Shown piece by piece: positions 51,646 to 61,750 of a DNA stretch of 64,000 nt. This DNA is from Nitrospiraceae bacterium (lineage in GTDB: Bacteria; Nitrospirota; Nitrospiria; Nitrospirales; Nitrospiraceae), in the NCBI GenBank assembly GCA_050246315.1, contig JBFWWG010000008.1, positions 131,609-195,608 on the forward strand, in the 5' to 3' direction. Numbering within the stretch: the first letter of the stretch is position 1; the number at the start of each line of letters is the position of its first letter. The notes beneath the pieces were generated by a model, which was given only the letters and a program-made list of their open reading frames with translations, ran no database searches and was not told the origin of the DNA. Both the position numbers and the translations under genes were made by a program.

Positions 51646-51687
51646 CCACGGCTCTGCCGAACGCGCCCCATTGCTGAACTTGCACGA

Positions 51688-51716
51688 ATTCTAACATCCG
51701 GTCTTTCGAGGGTCAA
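51688..51716 (-). promoter_or_regulatory. Sigma70-type promoter for the arc-proteasome operon
   Basis: Minus strand TTGACC-N17-TAGAAT with an extended TG. Confidence 0.65.
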
Positions 51717-51813
51717 CTGGAACAGAGAACGGAACTGGCGGTGGGCGACCGACTCGGCACACGATCTCGTGTTACTACGTATCACCAAGCCGTGGTGGTC
51801 GGCCGGCCGGCGC

Positions 51814-52461
51814 TCAGGCTTTCCACGGCACCCGATCGTCCTGCCACGCCTGAAGAAATTGTCGCACCGCCGCCGGCACGTCCGGCGCGGACAAGATCGA
51901 CGACACGACGGCCACCCCGTGGGCTCCGACCTGTCGCACTTCCGCCACACGCTCCGGTGTCACACCGCCGATGGCGAAGACCGGCACGCGGGCGATTTCG
52001 CAGACTTGAGCCAGCATTCCCAGGCCCTGCGGTCGGCCGTAGATCTGTTTGGACGGAGTCTCGTACACCGGCCCAAAGACGACGAAGTCCGCCCCCTCGT
52101 CCTGCGCCCGACGGACTTCTTCTCGTGAATGGGTGGAGACGCTCAGCAAATGCTCAGGGCCGATCATGGTTCTGACGCGGCCGGTCGGCAGGCTATTGGC
52201 GCGCAAGTGCACCCCATCGGCTCCGAGAGCCAGGGCGAGGTCCGCGCGGTCGTTGACAAGAACGCGAGTGGGGAGACCGGCGACGGCTGTTCGGATCGTT
52301 CGAATCAACGCCGCCAGTTGCCGCGTGGGCAGGTCCCGCTCACGTACCTGAACGGCCGGCAGACCAGCGCGGCTCGCCAGCGCGATCAGATCGGTCAGCG
52401 GCCGCCCGCCGGTCTGCCCTCGATCGCTCACGAGGTAGAGGCGGAACTCAACGGAAGGCAT
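51814..52461 (-). CDS. thiE: Thiamine-phosphate synthase (ThiE/TenI family)
   Basis: VQVRE, VNDRADLA..GADGVHL, STHS, GPVYETPSK, FAIGGV. Confidence 0.85.
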   Translation of the reverse strand: MPSVEFRLYLVSDRGQTGGRPLTDLIALASRAGLPAVQVRERDLPTRQLAALIRTIRTAVAGLPTRVLVNDRADLALALGADGVHLRANSLPTGRVRTMIGPEHLLSVSTHSREEVRRAQDEGADFVVFGPVYETPSKQIYGRPQGLGMLAQVCEIARVPVFAIGGVTPERVAEVRQVGAHGVAVVSSILSAPDVPAAVRQFLQAWQDDRVPWKA

Positions 52462-52571
52462 GGACGGTCAGGATTGCGTCAAAGGCACTGAGGACCACAG
52501 GCAGGCCGGTCCTTACCCGTGCTAAGCGGCCGACACGCTCCAGCCATCGTGGCTCATTCCTCAATCCTGCA

Positions 52572-53345
52572 TTACAGCATGCCCTCGATCGGGCTGCTGG
52601 CCGTTGCGTACAACTTTCTGGGAATGCGTCCGGCTTTATAGGCCAGCCGACCCGCGTGCACCGCATAGCGCATCGCTTCCGCCATGGCGATGGGATGTTG
52701 CGCACCCGCAATCGCGGTGTTCATTAACACCGCGTCCGCACCGTACTCCATCGCGAGCGCAGCATCCGACGCGGTGCCCACTCCGGCGTCCACAATCACC
52801 GGCACATTGACGGTCTCGAGGATGATCTTGAGGTTGTACGGATTGCGGATGCCCAATCCGGAACCGATGGGAGCCGCCAACGGCATGACTGCGGGACAAC
52901 CAATATCGACCAACTTCTGCGCCACGATCGGGTCATCATTGGTATAGGGCAAGACCACGAAGCCTTCCTTGACGAGAATCTTCGCGGCTTCAATCAAGCC
53001 GGCGGTGTCCGGGAACAAAGTCCGTTCGTCTCCGATGACCTCGAGTTTGACCAGATCGGACACCCCGGCGGCCCTAGCGAGTCGCGCATACCGGACCGCC
53101 TCTTCTACGTTGTAGCACCCGGCGGTGTTGGGAAGGATGGTGTATTTCTTCGGGTCCACATAATCCAGTAAATTGTCTTTCGATCGATCGGTGATGTTCA
53201 CGCGCCGGACGGCCACCGTGACCACATCCGCCCCCGACGCTTCGATGGCCTTCTGGGTTTCCACAAAATCTTTGTACTTTCCGGTCCCGACCCATAAACG
53301 CGATCGGAATTCTCGCCCGGCAATGACCAGTCTATCGTCCTGCAT
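52572..53345 (-). CDS. thiG: Thiazole synthase
   Basis: [43 protein letters not shown]. Confidence 0.97.
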   Translation of the reverse strand: MQDDRLVIAGREFRSRLWVGTGKYKDFVETQKAIEASGADVVTVAVRRVNITDRSKDNLLDYVDPKKYTILPNTAGCYNVEEAVRYARLARAAGVSDLVKLEVIGDERTLFPDTAGLIEAAKILVKEGFVVLPYTNDDPIVAQKLVDIGCPAVMPLAAPIGSGLGIRNPYNLKIILETVNVPVIVDAGVGTASDAALAMEYGADAVLMNTAIAGAQHPIAMAEAMRYAVHAGRLAYKAGRIPRKLYATASSPIEGML

Positions 53346-53380
53346 GGATCTCACCTTCGCAGAGCCAATGGCTCTCCTGT

Positions 53381-53587
53381 TCAGGGATTTCCGCCCCCGA
53401 TGAAACTAATGATCTCAATCCGATCCCCGTCAGACAGGCACCGCTGGTCGAATTGCCTGCGATCGAGAATATCCAGATTCACCTCGACCGCCACCCGTTC
53501 TCCGGTGATGTTCAACTCCCGCAAAAGGTCGGCCACGGTCGTGCCTGACGTCGTCTCGCGAGTCTGCCCATTTACCTGGATTTGCAT
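53381..53587 (-). CDS. thiS: Sulfur carrier protein ThiS (C-terminus GGGNP)
   Basis: MQIQVNG...[10 protein letters not shown]...[15 protein letters not shown], 68 aa, directly upstream of thiG. Confidence 0.92.
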   Translation of the reverse strand: MQIQVNGQTRETTSGTTVADLLRELNITGERVAVEVNLDILDRRQFDQRCLSDGDRIEIISFIGGGNP

Positions 53588-53607
53588 TCGGAAGTCCCGA
53601 CGAAGTA

Positions 53608-53637
53608 ATCCTAGGGGACGGTTTCTCGGAATGTCAA
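53608..53637 (-). promoter_or_regulatory. Sigma70-type promoter for thiSGE
   Basis: Minus strand TTGACA-N18-TAGGAT, ending about 20 nt before the thiS ATG. Confidence 0.55.
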
Positions 53638-53671
53638 CCAAGGGGGCTGCCGGAATACGGCGATCACGACC

Positions 53672-54157
53672 ATGACGAGACCCAACGAGGAGTTGGCCGC
53701 CATCTTTCTTCACATGGCAGACTTGCTGCGCGGGCAGCAAGCGAACCCCTATCGGGTCAGAGCCTACCGGCGGGCGGCCGAAACCTTAACCTCTCTCGAC
53801 GAGGACGTGGCGCACATCGAAGCGCGAGGGGAACTGGAGCGGATCGACGGGATCGGCAAGGACCTCTCGCAGAAGATTCGTGAGTTTCTCAGAACGGGCG
53901 CGATCCAATCCTATGAATCGCTCAAGCAACCCCTCCCGCCGGACATCCGGCGATGGGCTTCGCTGCCGGGACTTTCGGAGACCCTGGTCCAGCATCTCTA
54001 TTTCCGCCTGAACATTCGCGATCTGGACGACCTGGCGGGGCTGGTCCGGTCCCACCTGCTGCGCACCTTGCCGGGCTTCGGGGGGGACGAGGAGAATCTA
54101 CTCTCTGCCATCGACACTCTCCGTAACCTGCAAGCGGCCCGCCCCCCTTCGACCTGA
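53672..54157 (+). CDS. Stand-alone DNA polymerase X N-terminal (8-kDa/HhH) domain protein
   Basis: NEELAAIF..MADLL..ANPYRVRAYRRAA, IDGIGK, LPGL, LPGFG HhH motifs. No palm or PHP domain. Confidence 0.8.
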   Translation: MTRPNEELAAIFLHMADLLRGQQANPYRVRAYRRAAETLTSLDEDVAHIEARGELERIDGIGKDLSQKIREFLRTGAIQSYESLKQPLPPDIRRWASLPGLSETLVQHLYFRLNIRDLDDLAGLVRSHLLRTLPGFGGDEENLLSAIDTLRNLQAARPPST

Positions 54158-54190
54158 CTGGCGCGTCCCTTGTCCCCTCATATCTCATGG

Positions 54191-55570
54191 CTAGGTGGTC
54201 GGCTTGAGATCCTTGAAGATCGACCAGGTCTTCAACATATCAACGGCTTTCTGTAATTGTACGTCCTCCTCGATCGCCGGCTCTCCGTTCGGATCGGTGG
54301 GAACCACAGGAATCGGGGCCTTGCCTCCTCCGTTCGTGGCCGGAGGAGTCGGCGTCGCCTCCTTCTCCTTGTCCTTGCTCCCCGCTGCCTTCGACGTTTT
54401 ATCGGCTGCGCCCTTGTCCGGCGCGTCCTTATCCCCCGGTTTGGCGCTCGCCACCTGCGGAGCAGTCTGAGCAGCCTTCACGACGATATCCGGAGTGATC
54501 CCGGTTGACTGAATGGTCCGCCCTTTCGGCGTGTAGTATTTGGCTGTCGTGAGTCGTAAACCCGATCCATCTTGGAGCGGTAAAATCGTTTGGACGGAGC
54601 CCTTGCCGAAGCTCGTCGCACCGACGATGACCGCCCGGCCCCAATCTTGAAGGGCGCCCGCGACGATTTCCGAAGCGCTTGCAGACCCCTCATTGACCAA
54701 CACAATCATCGGCGAATCATCGATCCCGTCCTTGGCCTTCGACACATACTCGTCCTTTCGCCCGTCCCGGCCCTTGATATACACGATCAACTTGCCTGGC
54801 CCGACAAACTGCTCGGAGACTTCCACCGCGGCGGTCAACAACCCGCCGGGATTATTACGCAGGTCGAGAATCGTGGCGGTCGTTTTTTGCTCGCGGAGCT
54901 GCTTCAAGACTCTGTTGAGGTCCCGTCCGGTTGACTCCTGGAATTGTGTGAGTCTGACGTAGCCGATGGTCTTGTCGATCACCTTCGACTTCACACTCTC
55001 GATCTTAATGGTGTCCCGTACCAATTCAAAGACGAGTGGATCGGCGGCGCCTTCCCGCTGGACCGTAAGGTTGACTTTGGTTCCCTTGAGACCCCGCATC
55101 TTTTGAACGGCATCCATGAGCGTCAGGTCTTTCGTCGGTTCGTTGTTCACCTTGATGATGAAATCCCCCGCCTTAATGCCCGCACGATACGCCGGCGTGC
55201 CTTCGATGGGCGCGATGACCGTCAATCGATTGTCCTTGACGCCGATCTGGATGCCCACCCCCCCGAACTCGCCTTTGGTCTCGACCTGCATCTCCTTGTA
55301 CATGTCGGCGGTCATATAAGCCGAATGGGGATCGAGCGTGGACAACATGCCTCGGATCGCCCCCTGCACGAGGTCCTTGATCTTCGTCTCATCCACATAG
55401 TGTTTTTGGACTTGGCTCAGCACCTCGGAAAAGACTTTCAATTCCTCGTAGGTTTCCGTGGCGTATCCGGTGTGTTCCCACCCCTTGCCGATCAGGACTC
55501 CTCCGACCAAGGCCACCACGACCAACGGCCCAAGCCACCATGCACGGCGCCGTGACTGCTGTTCCATCAT
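54191..55570 (-). CDS. ctpA: S41 carboxyl-terminal processing protease
   Basis: LDPHS, PDZ (GGVGI), DLRNNPGG, SASASEI, FGKGSVQ, GITPD. Confidence 0.93.
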   Translation of the reverse strand: MMEQQSRRRAWWLGPLVVVALVGGVLIGKGWEHTGYATETYEELKVFSEVLSQVQKHYVDETKIKDLVQGAIRGMLSTLDPHSAYMTADMYKEMQVETKGEFGGVGIQIGVKDNRLTVIAPIEGTPAYRAGIKAGDFIIKVNNEPTKDLTLMDAVQKMRGLKGTKVNLTVQREGAADPLVFELVRDTIKIESVKSKVIDKTIGYVRLTQFQESTGRDLNRVLKQLREQKTTATILDLRNNPGGLLTAAVEVSEQFVGPGKLIVYIKGRDGRKDEYVSKAKDGIDDSPMIVLVNEGSASASEIVAGALQDWGRAVIVGATSFGKGSVQTILPLQDGSGLRLTTAKYYTPKGRTIQSTGITPDIVVKAAQTAPQVASAKPGDKDAPDKGAADKTSKAAGSKDKEKEATPTPPATNGGGKAPIPVVPTDPNGEPAIEEDVQLQKAVDMLKTWSIFKDLKPTT

Positions 55571-55595
55571 CCCACGATCCTTTCTGTGAACGTCG

Positions 55596-56789
55596 TTAGC
55601 GTTTGGCCAGCCAGAGAAGGGGGTCCACTGCCTCCGCGCCTTCCCGTAGTTCAAAGTATAACGTGCTGTCGCCTGTCATCCCAGTATCCCCGGTTTCCCC
55701 CAGCGCGTGCCCCGTCTCGACGTGGTCGCCCACATTCGCCAAGAGCTTTGAGGCATGGGCGTAGAGAGAGAAATACCCGTTTTGATGGTCAACAATCACC
55801 ACCTGCCCATAGCCCTTCAGCCAATCGGCATAGACCACCGTCCCCGGCATTACACACTTGATCGTGCTGCCTTCGGCCGACCGGATCTCGATGCCCTTAC
55901 GCTGGATGTAAGTTTCAAAGGTCGGATGCTTCTGCCGGCCGAATGCGGACACCACCTCGCCCTGCACCGGCCAGGGCAGCACCCCCTTGAACTTCCGTCC
56001 CGCGCCCGGCAGCGCCGCCGGCGGCTTCACTCGCGCCAGTTTGCGGCGCTGTTCCAGTTCGTTGAGGAGACTGTCCACACGGCCGGCCGACCGCTCCAGC
56101 TCATCGATCGCCCGCTGATAGGATTCCTTCTGATAGGTCACCGTTTTCAGATACTGGCGTTTCTGCGTGCGGAGATCTCGGATCTCGCGAATTTTCTTGT
56201 CGGTCAATAACTGAAACGCCACCATCTCTTCTCGGACCAGCGCCCGCTGGCGCTCCGCCGTTTCCAGGCTCGTCATATCGGTCCGATAGGACTCCACCAG
56301 AGCATATTCTCGTCGGGACAGCGTGGAAAGATACTGAAAGCGGCGCTGAAAATCGCTGTACGATTCGGCAGCCAGCAGCAACTTCATCGGTCCCCACTGC
56401 CCTTGGATGTACTGCATCCGGGCCCTAGACAAAATCGCATCTTGATGTTCCGTCGTGCGGCCTCGGAGCTCGGCCAACTGGCCGTTGAGATCAGTAATCT
56501 CCTGATCCTTCTTGGCAACTTGACGGGTGACGTCCTGCCGCTCCTGGCGCAGTTTGACGACCCGCTGATCCAGCTGCTGCAGATTCTGCAGAACGGACTC
56601 GCGCTGTCGCTCGGCCTCGTCGGCATGTTGCTTTTCCTCTTGAATACGGCTCTTGAGTTTCTGGAGGTTCTGGCGCTCGCGCTCGATTTTTTGCGACAAC
56701 CCATCCCCTTCCCGACCGGCCCGAGCGGATTCGGCCAATCCGATGCAGAGCGCCGTACCAAGCCAGACGGCAATCATCCATCGCATCAC
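55596..56789 (-). CDS. envC: Murein hydrolase activator EnvC (coiled coil plus degenerate M23)
   Basis: Long coiled coil, LPWPVQG, KGIEI, WLKGYG, LYFELR. Follows ftsEX. Confidence 0.88.
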   Translation of the reverse strand: MMRWMIAVWLGTALCIGLAESARAGREGDGLSQKIERERQNLQKLKSRIQEEKQHADEAERQRESVLQNLQQLDQRVVKLRQERQDVTRQVAKKDQEITDLNGQLAELRGRTTEHQDAILSRARMQYIQGQWGPMKLLLAAESYSDFQRRFQYLSTLSRREYALVESYRTDMTSLETAERQRALVREEMVAFQLLTDKKIREIRDLRTQKRQYLKTVTYQKESYQRAIDELERSAGRVDSLLNELEQRRKLARVKPPAALPGAGRKFKGVLPWPVQGEVVSAFGRQKHPTFETYIQRKGIEIRSAEGSTIKCVMPGTVVYADWLKGYGQVVIVDHQNGYFSLYAHASKLLANVGDHVETGHALGETGDTGMTGDSTLYFELREGAEAVDPLLWLAKR

Positions 56790-57688
56790 AGGCTCGATGC
56801 CTCGCGCATCCGCATGATGGATAAAAAGCTACCCACCCCCCCGAGGAGCACGCCCGCCACGATCAACACTCCCTTGACGTGGCCGGGGAAATAACTCAGC
56901 CACGGCTGGGCACCCAGCAACTGGGAGGCCACGCCGAGTTTCAGGCGAAACAGCTCAAACCCGCTCTTCAGGATGCCGAGGGCTACGAGGCTGCCGGCCC
57001 CTCCCAACATGGCTCCTTCTATCAGATAGGGCAGCCGAAGAAAACTCCCCGACGCCCCCACCAACCGTAGGATCTGAACCTCATCACGGCGCGCGTGCAA
57101 GGTGAGTCGGATCATACTGCCGATGATCGTCACCGACGCGACGGAGAGGATCAACCCGACGCTGAGCGCCAGACCCTCTAAATTCCGCAGCAGTCCTGTC
57201 AGATTTTCCACCCAATCCTGGCTGTACTCCACCTGCGCGACCCCCGGCAGCGCCTTGAACTGCTCGGCCCACCGTCGCACAAATTCGGGCGAGCGAAAGC
57301 GCGGGGCGAGGGTGACCGCAAAGGAGGCCGGAAGAGGATTTTCTCCGAGACCTTCCAATAACTGGAAGTCGGAGGGGAACTGCTCCCGGAAATCCGCCAG
57401 CGCCTGATCCTTCGAGACAAAGGAAAGGGCGGCCACGGCCTGCTCCCGCTCCAATTGCTGCCGCAATTCGGCGAGCTGCGCCTCAGAGAGGTTTTCCTGT
57501 AGGAACACCATCACCTTGATCTCGCTGGCCAGCGACGCCGCCATGCCCCGTACATTCAGATAGATCAAGAGGAACACTCCCAGGCAAGCCAGGGTAAACC
57601 CGGTGGTCACGACTGCGACAAGACTCGTCGTTCGGTTCAGCCGGATATTCGCCCATGCTTCCCGGAGGAGATAGCCGAGTCGTCTCAT
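56786..57688 (-). CDS. ftsX: Cell division permease FtsX
   Basis: NPLPASF, IRLT..ARRDE..ILRLVGAS..F..PYLIEG. Confidence 0.9.
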   Translation of the reverse strand: MRRLGYLLREAWANIRLNRTTSLVAVVTTGFTLACLGVFLLIYLNVRGMAASLASEIKVMVFLQENLSEAQLAELRQQLEREQAVAALSFVSKDQALADFREQFPSDFQLLEGLGENPLPASFAVTLAPRFRSPEFVRRWAEQFKALPGVAQVEYSQDWVENLTGLLRNLEGLALSVGLILSVASVTIIGSMIRLTLHARRDEVQILRLVGASGSFLRLPYLIEGAMLGGAGSLVALGILKSGFELFRLKLGVASQLLGAQPWLSYFPGHVKGVLIVAGVLLGGVGSFLSIMRMREASSL

Positions 57689-58353
57689 GCGCCACCCTGC
57701 TGATCGGCGATCAGCTTACCATGTTGCATAGTGACGACGCGCCGGTTCACTTGTTTCATCACCTGGGGGTCGTGCGTCGCGAGGATCACCGTCGTGCCGC
57801 GGGCATTGATCATTTTGAAGAGTTCGATGATCTCCGACGTCAGGTGTGGGTCCAGGTTCCCCGTCGGCTCGTCGGCGAGCAGGATCAACGGACTATTGAC
57901 GATCGCACGGGCGATACACACCCGCTGCTGCTCACCCGCGGAGAGGCTAGGCGGCAGCTGTTCCTTCTTATGTTCGACGCCGACCGACCGCAACGCTTCC
58001 GACACCTTGCGCCTCGTATCCGCCCCTGAGGCACCGGCCACCATGAGCGGCAGTGCCACATTCTCGTAGACCGATCGTTTCGGGAGGAGCCGAAAATCCT
58101 GCAGCACGATGCCCATCCGCCGGCGAAGGAGCGGAACCTCTCGCCCGGCCAGCTTGCCGATGTTCTGCCCCTGGATCAGCAGTTGCCCCTCATCCGCCTG
58201 CTCCCCTCCGAACAGGAGTTTCAGGAGGGTGGTCTTTCCCGCTCCACTGCCCCCCATGAGAAGGAGGAACTCGCCCTTGCCGATCTCTAAATTGATATCG
58301 GACAGCGCCTGACATCGCCCATAGGCCTTGGAGACATGGAACAGTTGAATCAT
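57685..58353 (-). CDS. ftsE: Cell division ATP-binding protein FtsE
   Basis: GGSGAGKTT, QDFRLL, LSAGEQQRV, ADEPTGNLD, ATHD. Confidence 0.93.
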   Translation of the reverse strand: MIQLFHVSKAYGRCQALSDINLEIGKGEFLLLMGGSGAGKTTLLKLLFGGEQADEGQLLIQGQNIGKLAGREVPLLRRRMGIVLQDFRLLPKRSVYENVALPLMVAGASGADTRRKVSEALRSVGVEHKKEQLPPSLSAGEQQRVCIARAIVNSPLILLADEPTGNLDPHLTSEIIELFKMINARGTTVILATHDPQVMKQVNRRVVTMQHGKLIADQQGGA

Positions 58354-58395
58354 GCAGACGCCCGCACGGCGGACCGATCGTGGTTGGACGCCAGC

Positions 58396-58788
58396 TTAGC
58401 ACCGGAGATGTTGTGCCGACACCTCAAAGGCATTCTCGATGTGGGTGATCGTCGCCGAAGCGTCGCCGGGTTGTTCCACGAGCACCACGTCAAACCGGCA
58501 GACCTGATCGTCCAGCCGATGAATCGACAAGTATTGGGTCGCCAGTTGTACCAACCGGCGCTGCTTCGTCGGCGTTACGGCCAAAACGGCGCCGCCCATC
58601 GCCGCCGAGCGACGGGCCTTCACTTCCACAAATACCAACACCGCTCCCTGTCTGACAATCAAATCGACTTCGCCCTGCGGCAGCCGGACATTGCGGGCCA
58701 CTAGGCAATAGCCTTTCCGGAGCAGATGGCGCTCAGCCAGTTGCTCGCTCTGCCGGCCGAAGCCTCGGGCATCCGCTTTGGTTGTCAT
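58396..58788 (-). CDS. yraN: YraN family (UPF0102) putative nuclease
   Basis: GEVDLI, LVFVEVKAR, CRFDVV, HIENAF. Confidence 0.9.
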   Translation of the reverse strand: MTTKADARGFGRQSEQLAERHLLRKGYCLVARNVRLPQGEVDLIVRQGAVLVFVEVKARRSAAMGGAVLAVTPTKQRRLVQLATQYLSIHRLDDQVCRFDVVLVEQPGDASATITHIENAFEVSAQHLRC

Positions 58789-58836
58789 GGTTCGGTTTCA
58801 CACGACCCGCCCGTCGGCAGACCCGCGCCAATCCCG

Positions 58837-59562
58837 CTACGAGGGAGCAGGGGTCCGCGCCGACCAGTCGCGGTCAGCCTTGTCGAACGGCAGCCGACCC
58901 GCCTCAATCCGCCCCACCGGCGCAAACGTCCGTCGATGAATCGGGCTCGGCCCGTGAATGGTCAGCAGGTGAAGATGCTCGGGGGTGCCATACCCCTTAT
59001 GATCACAAAAATTGTATTGGGGATAGCGGCGGTGATATCGGTCCATCAGCCGATCCCGCGTCACCTTCGCAACAATCGACGCCGCGGCCACGGACAAGGA
59101 CAGTTGATCACCCTTGATGATGGGGCGCTGCGGAATCGGCACGCTCGGAAGCCGGATGGCATCCAGGAGCAGAAAGTCCGGAGCGGCTGCCAACTGGAGC
59201 AGCGCTCGAGACATGGCCAGGCGCGTCGCATCGAGAATGTTAAGGCGGTCGATTTCCTGCTCGGACGCTTGCCCGACTCCCACGGCGACGGCGCGGAGAC
59301 GAATCTCCTCGAAGAGCCTCGTCCGGACCGCCTCTGTTAACAATTTAGAATCTGCGACGCCGGGCAGCCGTACCCGTGCAGGCAGGATCACCGCCGCCGC
59401 CACGACGGGACCGGCCAGCGGCCCGCGCCCCGCTTCGTCGAGGCCGGCGATCAGACGATACCCGCGCCGGCGCGCTTCGGATTCGAATTCGTGGGTGGGC
59501 TCCACGCACCGCCTTTCGGCGGCGGACTCGGCCTCACCGGAAACCGGTCCGTCCGCCGCCAT
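58837..59562 (-). CDS. rnhB: Ribonuclease HII
   Basis: [38 protein letters not shown]. Confidence 0.96.
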   Translation of the reverse strand: MAADGPVSGEAESAAERRCVEPTHEFESEARRRGYRLIAGLDEAGRGPLAGPVVAAAVILPARVRLPGVADSKLLTEAVRTRLFEEIRLRAVAVGVGQASEQEIDRLNILDATRLAMSRALLQLAAAPDFLLLDAIRLPSVPIPQRPIIKGDQLSLSVAAASIVAKVTRDRLMDRYHRRYPQYNFCDHKGYGTPEHLHLLTIHGPSPIHRRTFAPVGRIEAGRLPFDKADRDWSARTPAPS

Positions 59563-59573
59563 CCAAGCCGTGG

Positions 59574-59978
59574 TTATCCCTTTGCAGCGGGCGCGGCCAT
59601 CCTCGCTTCCCCTGCGCCGCTCTTGGCCTCGGGCGAGTATTCCCGCTCGGCCACCTTCGCGGTCTTGCCCTTCTTATTTCTCAAATAATACAGCTTGGCG
59701 CGGCGAACCCGCCCCTGCCGCATCACATCGATCTTGGCGATGATCGGCGAATGGACCGGGAAAATCCGCTCGACGCCTACGCCGTAGGAAATTTTTCGCA
59801 CGGTGAAGGTTTCGGCGTTGCTGCCTCCTTTGCGGCTGATCACCACGCCCTCATAGACCTGAATGCGGTCTTTATCACCTTCGCTCACCGTCACATGCAC
59901 CCGCACCGTGTCGCCGATTTCGAATTTGGGCTGGTCCTTCTTGACCAAAGACCGGTTCAGCCGTTCCAAGCGATTCAT
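59574..59978 (-). CDS. rplS: 50S ribosomal protein L19
   Basis: [43 protein letters not shown]. Confidence 0.97.
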   Translation of the reverse strand: MNRLERLNRSLVKKDQPKFEIGDTVRVHVTVSEGDKDRIQVYEGVVISRKGGSNAETFTVRKISYGVGVERIFPVHSPIIAKIDVMRQGRVRRAKLYYLRNKKGKTAKVAEREYSPEAKSGAGEARMAAPAAKG

Positions 59979-59982
59979 GTTC

Positions 59983-60771
59983 CTACCCCTCCTCCCCACA
60001 CTCGACCGCGGTCGAGGGGGTTCGTTCGTGAAGTATTTCGTCCAACAGCATACGGTCTTCGGCTGAGAGAACCCGATCCCGTAACAAATCCGGACGCTTG
60101 ACGTAGGTGCTGCGCAAGGCCTCCTTCCGTCGCCACCGTCGAATGTGCTCATGATTTCCCGACAGCAGAACATCCGGGACGGCCAGCCCGCGAAATTCAG
60201 GCGGCCTGGTATAGTGCGGATAGTCCAGTAGCGGCTCTTGAAAGGAATCCCGTAAAGCCGATTCCGGGTCACCGAGAACACCAGGAATCAGCCGGGTGGC
60301 GGCATCGATCATCACCAGCGCGGCCAATTCGCCGCCGGTGAGCACGTAGTCGCCGATCGAGATTTCCTCCGGCTTGAGGCTGAACCGCACACGCTCATCG
60401 ATCCCTTCGTAATGCCCGCACAGCCACACGATCGTCCGCGACTCCTCGCTCAACTCCTGCGCAATGTGCTGGCCGAACGGCTGTCCCTGCGGTGACGGCA
60501 TGATCACCCGCAGTTCTGACGTTGTCCCTTGCTGGTCGAGACCAACCTGCAGAGCCTCCACGGCACGGACGAACGGCTCCGGCTTCATCACCATACCGGC
60601 CCCGCCGCCATAGGGAGCATCATCGGTCATCTTGTGGCGATCCTCCGTATAGTCGCGCAGGTTCCGGACCCGCACCGTCAACAGGCCTTTCTCCTGAGCA
60701 CGCTTCAACATGCTCTGTCCGAGCACCCCCGAGACTAGGTCGGGGAACAGGGTGAGCACCTCACAACGCAT
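59983..60771 (-). CDS. trmD: tRNA (guanine-N1)-methyltransferase
   Basis: [40 protein letters not shown]. Confidence 0.97.
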   Translation of the reverse strand: MRCEVLTLFPDLVSGVLGQSMLKRAQEKGLLTVRVRNLRDYTEDRHKMTDDAPYGGGAGMVMKPEPFVRAVEALQVGLDQQGTTSELRVIMPSPQGQPFGQHIAQELSEESRTIVWLCGHYEGIDERVRFSLKPEEISIGDYVLTGGELAALVMIDAATRLIPGVLGDPESALRDSFQEPLLDYPHYTRPPEFRGLAVPDVLLSGNHEHIRRWRRKEALRSTYVKRPDLLRDRVLSAEDRMLLDEILHERTPSTAVECGEEG

Positions 60772-61336
60772 GCGACTCGACCTTTCCATCTTTATACAGG
60801 TCGTCGAGCAGGCCCGGAATGGCCTGAATGGTCGCGACCCGTTTCGCCACATCGACATGGGTCACGAATTGCTGCACCGCGGGCAGCATGACCTCCCGCT
60901 CGCCATGCCGCACAACGAACAGGTGGCCCCCCGCCGTCTCGATCACTTCTTCCAACCGCCCGACCTCATGCCCTTCGTGATCCACGACAGAAAGACCGAT
61001 CAGGTCACATTGCAGGAATGCATTCGCAGACCCGGCGCAAGCCGACTCGCCCCGCTCGGCATGGAGGTAGCCGCCGCGAAATTCGCCGGCCGCTTCCGGC
61101 GAGGTCAGTCCTTCAATGCCGAGAATGTACCGGTCGCCCCCGCCCCGAACTTCGGCTACCCTTGTCTCTAATCGCTTGCCCTCCCGAGAGGTTAAGACCA
61201 CCCGGTCCAGAGATCGAAACCGGCCCGGCACATCGCTGAGCGACCGGACCCTGATCGCCCCCTTGACGCCGAATGGACGTTCGATCACACCGATCACGAC
61301 CAGCTCAGCATCCCTGGTAGAGGCAGACTCCTTCAT
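60761..61336 (-). CDS. rimM: 16S rRNA processing protein RimM
   Basis: IGVIERPFGVKG, DLIGL, C-terminal PGLLD. Lies between rpsP and trmD. Confidence 0.92.
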   Translation of the reverse strand: MKESASTRDAELVVIGVIERPFGVKGAIRVRSLSDVPGRFRSLDRVVLTSREGKRLETRVAEVRGGGDRYILGIEGLTSPEAAGEFRGGYLHAERGESACAGSANAFLQCDLIGLSVVDHEGHEVGRLEEVIETAGGHLFVVRHGEREVMLPAVQQFVTHVDVAKRVATIQAIPGLLDDLYKDGKVESHAL

Positions 61337-61421
61337 GACCGATCTCTCCTAGGGGTTCCGCGGACGACCGACGACCTGAGTGGAACACCATGAGGGAATC
61401 GAGACCGACGGGCCGGCCAAC

Positions 61422-61703
61422 TTATCGAGCCTTGTCGGCAACACGAGGCGCTGGAGCGGACGTCAACAGGCCGGCGCGACGCAAAATCGTCCGCACCGTC
61501 ACGGTCGGCTGGGCCCCCTTCTTGATCCAGTCCAATACCCGCTCCTGTTTAATCTCTGCAACCGCAGGGTTCTTCAACGGATTGTACGTTCCCAGCACTT
61601 CGATGTACCGTCCATCCCTTGGGCTTCGGGAATCGGCGGCCACCAACCGGTAGAGGGGAAGTTTATGTCGCCCTGCGCGCGCAAGTCGTAAATGAACGGC
61701 CAC
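61422..61703 (-). CDS. rpsP: 30S ribosomal protein S16
   Basis: LRLARAG, ADSRSPRDGRYIE.LGTYNP, GAQPT. Confidence 0.97.
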   Translation of the reverse strand: MAVHLRLARAGRHKLPLYRLVAADSRSPRDGRYIEVLGTYNPLKNPAVAEIKQERVLDWIKKGAQPTVTVRTILRRAGLLTSAPAPRVADKAR

Positions 61704-61750
61704 GTGAATCTCCTTTGTTCTGGGAAGCGAACTTCCAGGTTGCGTTGACG

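Noticed and set aside
59979..60281. N-terminal extension of rplS in the ORF track
   Set aside because: It overlaps trmD. L19 homology starts at 59978 after an AGGAGG-like SD.
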